A stretch of 45,467 bases of DNA from Mageeibacillus sp. UBA5438 (GTDB taxonomy: Bacteria > Bacillota > Clostridia > Saccharofermentanales > DTU023). The position numbers and the translations under genes are program-made. The notes under the pieces are model-generated. The model was given only the letters and a program-made list of their open reading frames with translations. It was not told where the DNA came from and did not search any database. The stretch's first letter is position 1; every line of letters begins with the position of its first letter. Of the stretch, positions 16,573 through 25,994 are shown piece after piece. The stretch spans positions 1-45,467 of the forward strand of contig DIRK01000043.1 in NCBI GenBank assembly GCA_002427535.1. The letters run 5' to 3'.

Positions 16573-18069
16573 CTACTTTCTGTTTCTTTTGAAGTTTTTG
16601 TCTCCGAACAAAATCGCGCGCGCCGCCTGCGCGTTGAGTTCAATGCGTTGCAGCCTTATCCAGTAGCGAAGACTGATCATTTCACGGATGACCATCACAA
16701 GGAGCGCCATGATTAAAATAAGCGACAGCCCCGCGATCGTGTAGGCAAGGTTGGGGTTTCTTGTCATCAGGATGAGTCCGCGGCTAATCAGGCCGTTGTC
16801 CGCCAAAATATCGCGGTCTGAGCCAACGCGCACGCGTATGCGGATATCATTTTTCAAGGTGAAGACCACCTGCCCTGTCATGGTGTTTTTTTGTAACGGA
16901 ATAGGGTAGGGCGCGTTTCCTAAATAGTCCAATGTCTGTTCTAAGAAATGGTCACTTTGAGGGTGGATGTAATCGACGGAGTCAAGGTAAATAAGGTCAA
17001 ATAATTCGCCGTTTTCGGCCTTCTCCGGGGCCCCCGGGTATTTCTCACCCGCGCGCGTCAAAGGTGACTTAGTGTAAAAATCATCCAGGTCGCTGTAGAG
17101 CTGTAAAGTAGGAGTGGTAATGCCGGCCTGCCGGAGGTTAACGGCAACCGTCATGACGGGGAGCCCGCCGGGTGAAGTCCCCACACAGCACAGGAGCGAA
17201 TAGCGATCGGACAGGTGCAAGAACACATAGTTCATCCGATTCTCAGATAATGTCATAAAGTGCGCGGCCGGTGACCGCATGGCGACAATCTGCTGAGTGT
17301 TTTTGCTTGCGATCTGAATCAATTCCTCCGATACAGACAAAAGCGCCTTCGAGCGCACATTGCTGTGAAGCGCGGTCAAGAGGCGCTGGAGATCACGAAG
17401 TGTCGTGCGGGCGGTTTGTGTATGCTCTTCGGATTCCGGCAGCACCAAAGGCTCGGGATCTTCCTCTTTGCTGTATTCATCGTAGCGCTCAATCGCCAGA
17501 AGAATCGCCTCCGGTACTTCTGATTCGCGCTCGGTGCGCGCGATGTCAACTTGGAAAAATTCCGTCTGAGTCATCCCCAAAACTTGGGCCGCGTTTTGCA
17601 TCTCCAAAAGGAAGTCCTCGGAGGTGCCTGACACGTGTTCCGCAATCGCGATCGCGGCGGCATCCGAGTTGTCAAAAAGCATTTTCAAAAGCAAAAAGCG
17701 AAGCGGCAGTTTATCGTCGACAAGGAGAGGCACACGATCTTCAGCGCCCTCGCGGGCGTCAATCCACTCGACCGTCCGTGAGATCACAATGAGTTCGTCC
17801 TGGGGGATGCGTTCGGTCGCAAGGTAGAGGGTCATGAGTCGGGCGACCCCGGGGATCTCCAAAACAACATCACTATTTTTTGAGTAAAGCTCCGACTGGT
17901 GAAGGGTGCCAGTGGATAAGACCGCCGGCAGGCGCGTCCGAGGATCAAAACCCTCACTCATGGAAAGGGCCGAAACGTCAGCAGGAATAAAGCAGAACGC
18001 CATGAATAAAAGCGCGGTAATGACGATCGCTGTGATGTTAGAAAACCTCATTTTTCGATCCTGCTTCAT
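16573..18069 (-). CDS. D-alanyl-D-alanine carboxypeptidase (S11) homologue with degenerate active-site motifs, membrane-anchored at both ends
   Basis: PBP5-like blocks are recognisable, but SxxK reads GVAR (..PGVARLMTLYLA) and SGND reads DNSD (LFDNSDAAAIAIAEHV). N-terminal signal anchor and C-terminal TM are present. Start chosen at Met 18069. Confidence 0.6.
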   Translation of the reverse strand: MKQDRKMRFSNITAIVITALLFMAFCFIPADVSALSMSEGFDPRTRLPAVLSTGTLHQSELYSKNSDVVLEIPGVARLMTLYLATERIPQDELIVISRTVEWIDAREGAEDRVPLLVDDKLPLRFLLLKMLFDNSDAAAIAIAEHVSGTSEDFLLEMQNAAQVLGMTQTEFFQVDIARTERESEVPEAILLAIERYDEYSKEEDPEPLVLPESEEHTQTARTTLRDLQRLLTALHSNVRSKALLSVSEELIQIASKNTQQIVAMRSPAAHFMTLSENRMNYVFLHLSDRYSLLCCVGTSPGGLPVMTVAVNLRQAGITTPTLQLYSDLDDFYTKSPLTRAGEKYPGAPEKAENGELFDLIYLDSVDYIHPQSDHFLEQTLDYLGNAPYPIPLQKNTMTGQVVFTLKNDIRIRVRVGSDRDILADNGLISRGLILMTRNPNLAYTIAGLSLILIMALLVMVIREMISLRYWIRLQRIELNAQAARAILFGDKNFKRNRK

Positions 18070-18177
18070 GGGTGAATCATAACATAAAGGATGGCTCAAG
18101 CCGACGGCCGGCCAGAGGGCCTGTGGTATAATCACGAGGGAAAAGGGCGTGACAAAACGCCTTTTGGAGGAAGATAA

Positions 18178-19524
18178 GTGACCCGGAAACATGTGTGTAA
18201 ACACCGTAACAATCCCTCGACTAAAGCGGCACCCCGCCTGATCTGGGTCGTCGTTGCCGCTTTGTTTTTACTGTCGTCGCTTACAGCCTGCTCGTCTTTT
18301 GGAAAAAAAGAAGAGGTGACAGGCATCGCTCAGTATGGTGATGAAGGCGCCCTTTTTGCGCGCCAGCTCGCACAACGCTTCCCCCAGCGCTACCCCTATT
18401 CAGACGAGGAGTCGGGTGCGGCACAAATGATCGCCGAAGAACTTCGAAGCTATGGTTATGAACCTGAGATCCAACACTTTTCTGTGACGGACGAAGAGGG
18501 GGTAAGGCGAAATTCCGCGAATGTGATCGCCCATCTTTCGGGGAAAGGCTTTCAGCTGTCGGACAAAATCACAGACGAAGATCGGGATAAATGGCCTGAA
18601 AGCCAAAAGGGTTTGATCATGATCCTCGGCGCTCACTATGATACGCCGGAATTTGCGTTAGCTGAAACGGAAGAAGTAGACGAAGAAACGGAAAACGACT
18701 TCAAATGGCCCGAGGGCATTCACAACAACGCTTCAGGGGTCGCAGCCGTACTCACGGCCGCGCGCGTGATGCGCCTAGAAGCGCCGGGCTACGACGTCAT
18801 CTTTGTGTTCTTTGGCGCCGGAACGGATGAATACCAAGGCGCGCGACACTATATGGCTTCGCTTTCTTCTGAGGAACGAAAGCAAGTCGAAGTCATGGTC
18901 AACATCGGCCCGATCTATGCGGGTGACAAAGTGTATGCGCACGCGGGGCAAAATTCAGTGCGCGGCGGTGAATACAAGGATTATCAGAAAAGACGAAAAC
19001 TGTATCAAGTGACAGACATCTTTTTTGATAATCAGATGAATACGAAAAATCGCTATGCGATTTATACAAATCAGGCCTCTTTCCTCGTCCCCACGGACTC
19101 AGGAGGGACGGCGGTCTTTCGGGAGTGGACCACGAAGCTTTCCGATCACACGCCCTTTGATCGGGCCGGTATCCCCATCGTGTTCTTTGAATCCGGCGAA
19201 TACCGTGTCAAGTCAGTGGACGAGGTGATGATTGAAAGCCGAAATCCCTACTTCCAGGAGACAGGGGGCTTGATTTCGAAGACGCGCTTTGATCGGATCG
19301 ATCTTTTAGAAAATCTCTTCCGCGAGATGGACGAGCAGCAGGCGCGTCAGACCATTCCGATTATTGACGGGGGAGAAGAAGAGCCGCTTGAAACAGAAGA
19401 AGGCGATGAGGGAGAAACACAAAAAATAGTGCCCCGGCTGACCCTTCGGATCAACAATACGGCCTTTGTGCTGGTTCAACTGGCCCGCAAAGGACCGCTC
19501 AATTACGATTTTTCCGAATCGTGA
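18178..19524 (+). CDS. M28-family peptidase-like lipoprotein
   Basis: GTG after GGAGGA. Lipobox LSSLTAC. M28 blocks GAHYDTP, HNNASGVAAVL and SDHTPF are present; the usual bridging Asp in DNxSG reads Asn. Confidence 0.65.
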   Translation: MTRKHVCKHRNNPSTKAAPRLIWVVVAALFLLSSLTACSSFGKKEEVTGIAQYGDEGALFARQLAQRFPQRYPYSDEESGAAQMIAEELRSYGYEPEIQHFSVTDEEGVRRNSANVIAHLSGKGFQLSDKITDEDRDKWPESQKGLIMILGAHYDTPEFALAETEEVDEETENDFKWPEGIHNNASGVAAVLTAARVMRLEAPGYDVIFVFFGAGTDEYQGARHYMASLSSEERKQVEVMVNIGPIYAGDKVYAHAGQNSVRGGEYKDYQKRRKLYQVTDIFFDNQMNTKNRYAIYTNQASFLVPTDSGGTAVFREWTTKLSDHTPFDRAGIPIVFFESGEYRVKSVDEVMIESRNPYFQETGGLISKTRFDRIDLLENLFREMDEQQARQTIPIIDGGEEEPLETEEGDEGETQKIVPRLTLRINNTAFVLVQLARKGPLNYDFSES

Positions 19525-19546
19525 TTCAATAGAAAAGAGGATATCG

Positions 19547-20029
19547 ATGAAAATTGTGATGCTGGCAACCGATATATTAGGCATGTCAGCCGCATTGTTC
19601 TGGGGACTTGTCCTGATCGTGACGGCCGTCGCTGAGTTGGCCACATTAAATCTTGTCTCGGTGTGGTTTTCCATCGCCGCGCTCGTCGCCATGATCGCGG
19701 CTTTCTTGGGCGCCTCCCTTGTCCTGCAGTTTGTATTATTCATACTGCTCTCCGTGATCGGTTTTTTTGTGTTTGTTTTTGTCGTTCGACCCAAACTGGA
19801 TAAAAGGGCGATCACCGCGACCAATGCCGACCGCATCGTCGGAAAAGAAGGCGTTGTGGTCGACACGATCTGTTCCACCACAGGAAGCGGTCTCATCAAG
19901 GTGTCCGGACAAACCTGGAGCGCTCGATTAGAGGATGAGGGCCGCCTTGAAGAGGGGACTGCGATTCGCGTCAAGGAAATCCGAGGCGTGAAAGCAATTG
20001 TCGAAGCCATCGACAAAGAAAGTAGGTAA
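19547..20029 (+). CDS. NfeD family membrane protein
   Basis: Three N-terminal TM helices plus a C-terminal OB-fold segment (GKEGVVVDTI...GLIKVSGQTWSARLE..GTAIRVKEIRGVKAIVE). Located immediately upstream of the SPFH gene. Confidence 0.8.
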   Translation: MKIVMLATDILGMSAALFWGLVLIVTAVAELATLNLVSVWFSIAALVAMIAAFLGASLVLQFVLFILLSVIGFFVFVFVVRPKLDKRAITATNADRIVGKEGVVVDTICSTTGSGLIKVSGQTWSARLEDEGRLEEGTAIRVKEIRGVKAIVEAIDKESR

Positions 20030-20998
20030 ATGATGTTTTTATTCACAACAATCGCCGCACTGCCGGCAGGTACATTTGGTTTTATCTTTTTAGGGGTAGT
20101 CGCGCTATTGATCTTGATTTTATTCATACGCAATATCCGCGTCGTGCCTCAGGCGACCGCCTTTGTGATCGAGCGTCTAGGCACTTACCGTGTCACCTGG
20201 CAGACCGGTATTCACGCCAAGATGCCCTTTATCGACCGCATTGAAAGGCGTATTTCGTTGAAAGAGCGCGTGTTCGATTTCCCGCCACAGGCCGTCATCA
20301 CACGCGATAACGTCACCATGCAAATCGACACGGTGGTCTTTTTCCAGATTGTTGACCCGGTGCTTTACTGCTACGGCATTGAAAATCCCATCATGGCGAT
20401 TGAGAATCTGTCGGCGACCACTTTGCGTAACCTCATCGGCGACCTTGAACTCGACGAAACCTTAACCTCAAGAGACGTCATTAACACGAGCATGCGCCTG
20501 ACCCTCGACGAGGCGACGGATCCCTGGGGCATTCGCGTTAACCGCGTGGAATTGAAGAACATTATCCCGCCCCGCGAGATCCAGACGGCCATGGAACGCC
20601 AGATGAAGGCGGAGCGTGAAAAACGCGAGAATATCCTGATCTCAGAGGGTAAAAAAGAAGCGCTGATCCGCGTCGCCGAAGGTGAAAAAGAAGCGGCGAT
20701 CCTGCGCGCGGACGCTAAAAAAGAGCAGGCCATCCGCGAGGCGCAGGGTAAATCGGAAGCGATTCTCATGCTCCAGGAAGCCACCGCACGCGGGTTACAG
20801 ATGATCAAGGATGTCAAGGCGGATGAGGCCCTGATCGCGTTAAGAAGCCTTGAGACCATGGCAACCGTTGCGGACGGCCGCGCCACCAAGATCATCATTC
20901 CGTCCAATATGCAATCGCTCGCCGGCTTGGCCGTGTCCTTCAAGGAACTGCTGTCGGACTCGAACATTGACACTGAACAAAAGAATGAGAAGGAATAA
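20030..20998 (+). CDS. SPFH/stomatin-like (band 7) protein
   Basis: RVVPQATAFVIERLGTYRVTWQTGIHAKMPFIDRI...TRDNVTMQIDTVVFFQIVDP, with a coiled-coil C-terminus. The ATG abuts the NfeD stop. Confidence 0.88.
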   Translation: MMFLFTTIAALPAGTFGFIFLGVVALLILILFIRNIRVVPQATAFVIERLGTYRVTWQTGIHAKMPFIDRIERRISLKERVFDFPPQAVITRDNVTMQIDTVVFFQIVDPVLYCYGIENPIMAIENLSATTLRNLIGDLELDETLTSRDVINTSMRLTLDEATDPWGIRVNRVELKNIIPPREIQTAMERQMKAEREKRENILISEGKKEALIRVAEGEKEAAILRADAKKEQAIREAQGKSEAILMLQEATARGLQMIKDVKADEALIALRSLETMATVADGRATKIIIPSNMQSLAGLAVSFKELLSDSNIDTEQKNEKE

Positions 20999-22163
20999 CA
21001 GATCCGTTTCGGCGCTTTACGTTCATGTTCCTTTTTGTTCAGGGAAATGTTTTTACTGTGATTTTTACTCGATCGCCGGTCCCAAGGAAGACACGATCCG
21101 AGGCTGGCATCGAGGCGTATTAAAAGAATTGACGCGGCTTGATGACGAATCGTTCGCAAACGATGTCGTCATCAAGCCGCTTCAAACCATTTATTTGGGC
21201 GGCGGGACGCCTTCCTTTGTCCCGCCCTCCATGATTCTTTCCATCCTGGGACACGCCCGTGTTCTTTTTTCATTCGCCGATGACTGTGACATCACCCTTG
21301 AGGCGAATCCCGAATCAATTCGTCAAGAAGCACTCTTACGCTGGCGTGAAGCCGGGATTAACCGCATCAGTTTTGGCCTGCAGTCATCCTCCGATAAGCT
21401 ACTTCGACTCATCGGCAGGAGGCACACGGCCAAAGACGCACAGCACGCGATCCTATCGGCCGAAAGCGCCGGCTTTTCCCATATAGCCGTCGACCTCATA
21501 ACGGGACTTCCCGATCAGACAATAAAAGACGTCAAGGAGAGCTTGGATTTTATCGCCGAGCTTCCCATTGACCATCTGTCTTCTTACGCCCTTGACATTG
21601 TCCCCGGTACGCCTTTTCACGCCATGTGGGAAGAAGAACCCGAACGTTTCCCCTCGGACGAAGAAGAAAGACAGATGACCCAACAGGTCATCTCCCGGAT
21701 GAATGATTTGGGATTCTCGCATTATGAGATCAGCAATTTTGCCAAACCGGGCGCCGAATCGCGCCATAACCTATGCTATTGGAGGGGCGAATCGTATCTT
21801 GGCGCAGGTCCCTCAGCGGCTTCTTTCATGGCGGGGATAAGGCGTAAAAATCCACCCTCCGTGACAGAATGGCTCCAACAGGTGGACACGCCGGATCTTG
21901 GGCCTTATTCAGATCGTACCATCGAAGAGATCATCGATGAACAGGCCGCAAGAATCGAGACCATGATCTTAGGCCTCCGCCTTATGGAGGGCGTCTCCTT
22001 CGATCGCTTCTATCAGCGCCACGGGGTTCACATGAATGAGCTCTTCGGTGACATTTTTCAAAAACTGGAACAACAGGGATTGATCAAGAGGGATAAAAGG
22101 GGCGTTCGCCTGAGCGAAAAGGGCCTTGATTTTGCCGACGCTGTCGTCCGAGAGTTCCTCTGA
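20985..22163 (+). CDS. hemW: radical SAM heme chaperone HemW (coproporphyrinogen III oxidase-like)
   Basis: ALYVHVPFCSGKCFYCDF (CxxxCxxC), GGGTPS and HemN-C-like domain. The ATG at 20985 overlaps the SPFH gene by 14 nt. The upstream 45 aa of the ORF-track call are just the overlap frame. Confidence 0.85.
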   Translation: MRRNNRSVSALYVHVPFCSGKCFYCDFYSIAGPKEDTIRGWHRGVLKELTRLDDESFANDVVIKPLQTIYLGGGTPSFVPPSMILSILGHARVLFSFADDCDITLEANPESIRQEALLRWREAGINRISFGLQSSSDKLLRLIGRRHTAKDAQHAILSAESAGFSHIAVDLITGLPDQTIKDVKESLDFIAELPIDHLSSYALDIVPGTPFHAMWEEEPERFPSDEEERQMTQQVISRMNDLGFSHYEISNFAKPGAESRHNLCYWRGESYLGAGPSAASFMAGIRRKNPPSVTEWLQQVDTPDLGPYSDRTIEEIIDEQAARIETMILGLRLMEGVSFDRFYQRHGVHMNELFGDIFQKLEQQGLIKRDKRGVRLSEKGLDFADAVVREFL

Positions 22164-22227
22164 TTGCCCTTATTCGTATTATTCGCATAAACTTCACAAG
22201 CTTGTCACACCCGACACATTCCATCGA

Positions 22228-22256
22228 TTGACAGAGCTTTATCAGGGTGATAAAGT
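22228..22256 (+). promoter_or_regulatory. sigma-A promoter of the hrcA operon
   Basis: TTGACA, 17 nt, TAAAGT, located immediately upstream of the CIRCE element. Confidence 0.65.
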
Positions 22257-22260
22257 CTTA

Positions 22261-22287
22261 TTAGCACTCGAGGCGGTCGAGTGCTAA
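22261..22287 (+). promoter_or_regulatory. CIRCE operator (HrcA binding site)
   Basis: TTAGCACTC-N9-GAGTGCTAA, a perfect match to the CIRCE consensus, 22 nt upstream of the hrcA ATG. Confidence 0.95.
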
Positions 22288-22309
22288 CTCTTGGAAAGGG
22301 ACGGATCTT

Positions 22310-23476
22310 ATGGACGATCGGAAACGACAAATTTTAAAAGCCATCGTCGATGATTACGTTGAGACGGCTGAACCGGTCGGTTCGAAGTCGCTTGTGACGC
22401 GCCATAAGCTCGGGTTTTCGTCCGCGACGATCCGTCATGAAATGGCAGAGTTGGAGGAGATGGGTTACTTAGAAAAACCGCATACCTCCGCCGGCCGCAT
22501 GCCCTCCGATAAAGGCTATCGCGCCTACGTGGACAATATGATGTCCCTGCCTGAGATCTCAAGTGACGATGCTTCTGCCATCCGGCAGTACCTTGCCAAT
22601 AACCTCGATGAAGCCAGAGCGCTCATTGAACGGGCGGCGGAATATTTGGCGGGAAAAACAGACTACCTGTCGGTGGCCTTGTCACCGAAATATTCGGATT
22701 CGAGTCTTGAGCAGATCAAGATCATGATGATCGAGCCGGGGCGTGCGATTGTCGTGCTGGTGCTTTCCGCCGGCGTAGTGCATGACCGACTGATCCGAAT
22801 CCCTTCGATGCTCGATGAAGCGCAGCTTGACGGCATCGCGCGCGCGGTGGAACGCTGTTTGGTCGGCAAGAAGCTTGACGATATCACGCTTGTCACCGTC
22901 TCGTCAGTCGCCGATGAAATCGGCCTTCCGGAGGCACTTGTCAACCAGGTGTTGTTCGAGGCCTATGTTGCCATCAAACAGACCGAAAAAATTGAAGTCT
23001 ATATGGATGGCAAACACCGTCTTCTCAAGCATCCTGAGTTTCGGGATGTGGAACGCGCGAACCGTTTTTACAATGCGGTCCATGAGGAGCATATGGTGGC
23101 CGGTTACATGATGGATATGAAAGAAGAGATGGAAGAGGAGATCGCACAAAATTGCGACTTTGATCTCGACTGTGTCGAGGAACTGCAAAAAGCCGATAGA
23201 GGCCTTTCTTTACCCGAGACACATCCGTCGTACATGGTGCGTATCGGCCAGGAAATTGCGCTTTCAGGGATGGAGGATATGTCCTTTATTACGACCACCT
23301 ACCGTATCGGCAAAAAGATCAGCGGGCAAATCGGCGTGATCGGTCCGAAGAGAATGCAATACGGCACTATTATTTCGCAAATCAGTTTCGTCAATAAGGC
23401 ATTAGGCGAGGCCGTCGGCCGGCAATATGCCCGAAACGGTGAAGAAAAAAGAAAACAGAGGGAGCACGATGAGTAA
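22310..23476 (+). CDS. hrcA: heat-inducible transcription repressor HrcA
   Basis: N-terminal MDDRKRQILKAIVDDYVETAEPVGSKSL wHTH and IGVIGPKRMQY near the C-terminus. First gene of the hrcA-grpE-dnaK-dnaJ order. Confidence 0.93.
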   Translation: MDDRKRQILKAIVDDYVETAEPVGSKSLVTRHKLGFSSATIRHEMAELEEMGYLEKPHTSAGRMPSDKGYRAYVDNMMSLPEISSDDASAIRQYLANNLDEARALIERAAEYLAGKTDYLSVALSPKYSDSSLEQIKIMMIEPGRAIVVLVLSAGVVHDRLIRIPSMLDEAQLDGIARAVERCLVGKKLDDITLVTVSSVADEIGLPEALVNQVLFEAYVAIKQTEKIEVYMDGKHRLLKHPEFRDVERANRFYNAVHEEHMVAGYMMDMKEEMEEEIAQNCDFDLDCVEELQKADRGLSLPETHPSYMVRIGQEIALSGMEDMSFITTTYRIGKKISGQIGVIGPKRMQYGTIISQISFVNKALGEAVGRQYARNGEEKRKQREHDE

Positions 23477-23987
23477 ACGCGAGGACACAGAAAAAAACAA
23501 AGAGGCCCAAGAGGAGATCATTTTAACCGAAGAGAATCTCGACATGGACCTCGACGATGCGTTCAGGGATCTGAACGACCGCTACCTTAGGGTATGTGCG
23601 GATTACGATAATTTCAGAAGGCGTTCACGCCTTGACCGCGCTCAAGGCTATGAAGAGGGCGTCATTGATACGATCCGCCAGCTGATTCCCGTGTTCGAGA
23701 GTGTTGACAGCGCGGTGAAGACTTTGTCCGACCTTGAAATGGAAGAATCGAAAGAATTTGCCAAAGGCGTCCATCTGATCGCTGAGCAAATCAAAGAAGC
23801 GCTCGAGCGAATCGGTGTCAGTGAGATTGAAGGGGAGGGGGCTCACTTTGACCCGCAATTTCACCAGGCCGTGATGCATGAAGAAGATGACAGCCACCCG
23901 GACAATACCGTGACGGAGGTCTTTCAAAAAGGCTATACAAAAGGAGATCGCGTGATCCGTCACAGTATGGTCAAGGTCGTGAACTAG
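23469..23987 (+). CDS. grpE: nucleotide exchange factor GrpE
   Basis: RVCADYDNFRRR motif and C-terminal beta domain (FDPQFHQAVMHEE...GYTKGDRVIRHSMVKV). The ATG at 23469 overlaps the hrcA stop (ATGAGTAA). Confidence 0.9.
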   Translation: MSKREDTEKNKEAQEEIILTEENLDMDLDDAFRDLNDRYLRVCADYDNFRRRSRLDRAQGYEEGVIDTIRQLIPVFESVDSAVKTLSDLEMEESKEFAKGVHLIAEQIKEALERIGVSEIEGEGAHFDPQFHQAVMHEEDDSHPDNTVTEVFQKGYTKGDRVIRHSMVKVVN

Positions 23988-24047
23988 CGGCCCAAATAAA
24001 TTAGGTAATGACACACTTTACATATTTAGGAAACGAGGAAACATAAA

Positions 24048-25880
24048 ATGGGAAAAATTATTGGTATTGATTTAGGCACAACCAACTCAGTCGTATCGGT
24101 GATGGAAGGCGGCGAGCCGGTCGTCATTCCGAACGCCGAAGGCAGTCGCACCACACCGTCGGTGGTCGCGTTCACGAACACAGGCGAACGCCTTGTGGGG
24201 CAGATCGCAAAAAACCAAGCACAAAAGAACCCCGACCGCACCGTCTTGTCGATTAAACGTGAGATGGGCACCGATCATAAAATCAACATCGACGGTAAAA
24301 CCTTTACGCCGCCTGAGATCTCCGCCATGATCTTGCAAAAACTAAAGCATGACGCGGAAAGCTATCTGGGTGAAACCGTGACGCAGGCGGTGGTCACTGT
24401 ACCGGCCTACTTTTCTGACTCACAACGTCAGGCGACAAAAGACGCAGGCCGTATCGCGGGCCTGACCGTGGATCGTATCATCAACGAGCCGACCGCGGCG
24501 TCCTTGGCCTACGGCCTTGACAAGGAGCACGATCAGAAAATCGTCATCTTTGACTTGGGCGGCGGCACCTTTGACGTGTCGATCCTTGAGATCGGCGACG
24601 GCGTGTTTGAAGTGAAATCGACTTCAGGCAACACGCGCCTTGGCGGCGATGACTTTGACAGCAAGATCGTCGACTGGATGGTCCAGACGATGAAGCAAGA
24701 GCAGGGCGTCGACCTGTCAGGCGATCGTTTGGCCATGCAGCGTCTTCGCGAAGCGGCCGAAAAGGCCAAGGTGGAATTGTCAAACGTATTGACGGCCTCC
24801 ATTAACCTGCCCTTTATTACGGCCGACCAGGATGGTCCGAAACACTTGGATCTGTCCTTAACACGTGCGAAGTTTGACGATATGACAGCGGACCTCGTTG
24901 AAAAGACCAAGGGTCCCCTCACCGCGGCGATGAACGACGCGGGGTTGAAACCGGCGGACATCGACAAGATTTTGCTGGTCGGCGGTTCCACGAGAATCCC
25001 GGCTGTGCAGGAGATGGTGCGCAGTTACTTTGGCAAAGACCCCTTCAAGGGCATTAACCCTGACGAATGTGTCGCGATGGGCGCCGCCATTCAGGGCGGT
25101 ATCCTGGCCGGTGACATCGACGATATGATCCTGATTGACGTGACCCCCCTCACACTCGGTATTGAGACCCTGGGTGGTGTCATGACACGCATGATCGACC
25201 GTAACACCCGGATCCCGACGAGCAAGAAAAAAGTCTTCTCAACGGCGGCCGACGGCCAGACTCAGGTGGAAGTTCATGTGTTGCAGGGCGAACGTGAGAT
25301 GGCAGCCGGCAATAAGTCGCTTGGGCGTTTCATCTTGGATGGCATCGCTCCGGCACCGCGCGGAATCCCGCAGATTGAGGTCAGCTTTGACATCGACGCC
25401 AACGGTATCGTGAACGTCTCAGCGATTGACAAGGGCACGAACCGTGAGCAGCATATCACGATTACAGCCTCCTCCAATCTATCCGACGCGGACATCGATC
25501 AGGCGGTGAAGGACGCGGAGCGTTTCGCGGAAGAAGACCGCAAGAAGAAGGACGAAGTCGACACCAAAAACCGCGCCGAGACGACCATTTATGAGACTGA
25601 AAAACTCATGAAAGAGTCGGGCGACAAGTTTGAAGAACCCGACAAGCAGGCGATTGAGGAGCATCTGTCCAAGCTGCGTGACAGCCACGACAGAGGCGAT
25701 CTGGACGCGATGAAGTCTGACATGGAGGCCTTGAGCCAAGCGGTCTACAAGGCATCCGAGGCCATGTATAAAAAGACTCAGGAACAGGCGCAAGAAGAGC
25801 AGGCCCCCCACCAGGAGCCTCCGGCGGAGCCTGGTACCTATGAGGCCGACTTTAAAGATGTCGGTGGTGATCAGGAATAA
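24048..25880 (+). CDS. dnaK: molecular chaperone DnaK (Hsp70)
   Basis: [24 protein letters not shown] and [14 protein letters not shown] motifs; 610 aa. Confidence 0.98.
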   Translation: MGKIIGIDLGTTNSVVSVMEGGEPVVIPNAEGSRTTPSVVAFTNTGERLVGQIAKNQAQKNPDRTVLSIKREMGTDHKINIDGKTFTPPEISAMILQKLKHDAESYLGETVTQAVVTVPAYFSDSQRQATKDAGRIAGLTVDRIINEPTAASLAYGLDKEHDQKIVIFDLGGGTFDVSILEIGDGVFEVKSTSGNTRLGGDDFDSKIVDWMVQTMKQEQGVDLSGDRLAMQRLREAAEKAKVELSNVLTASINLPFITADQDGPKHLDLSLTRAKFDDMTADLVEKTKGPLTAAMNDAGLKPADIDKILLVGGSTRIPAVQEMVRSYFGKDPFKGINPDECVAMGAAIQGGILAGDIDDMILIDVTPLTLGIETLGGVMTRMIDRNTRIPTSKKKVFSTAADGQTQVEVHVLQGEREMAAGNKSLGRFILDGIAPAPRGIPQIEVSFDIDANGIVNVSAIDKGTNREQHITITASSNLSDADIDQAVKDAERFAEEDRKKKDEVDTKNRAETTIYETEKLMKESGDKFEEPDKQAIEEHLSKLRDSHDRGDLDAMKSDMEALSQAVYKASEAMYKKTQEQAQEEQAPHQEPPAEPGTYEADFKDVGGDQE

Positions 25881-25908
25881 TTGTTCCGACATCGACATAA
25901 AGGACGAC

Positions 25909-25940
25909 GGGAGCGGGCTTCTTTTGTTATGCCCGCTCCC
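25909..25940 (+). other. perfect 10-bp GC-rich hairpin between dnaK and dnaJ
   Basis: GGGAGCGGGC - 12-nt loop - GCCCGCTCCC with no following U tract. It may be a partial terminator or an mRNA processing/stability element. Confidence 0.5.
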
Positions 25941-25994
25941 TATTATCAAGTGTTAAGATAGGAACGGTTGTTTTTTAGAACCAGGGAGGATCAA

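Noticed and set aside
16568-16575. Convergent genes ending 2 nt apart with no terminator between them.
   Set aside because: This is real in the sequence but unremarkable in compact genomes. I saw no structure suggesting a regulatory antisense overlap.
20850-20984. Long N-terminal extension of hemW given by the ORF track (start 20850). The same applies to the extensions of the S component (36804), NfeD (19466), grpE (23427), gcvT (37771), gcvPB (40662) and the S11 homologue (18204).
   Set aside because: The extensions overlap the 3' ends of upstream genes or the divergent gene. They encode Arg/Pro-rich nonsense and precede internal ATG/GTG codons with good SD sequences and canonical protein N-termini.
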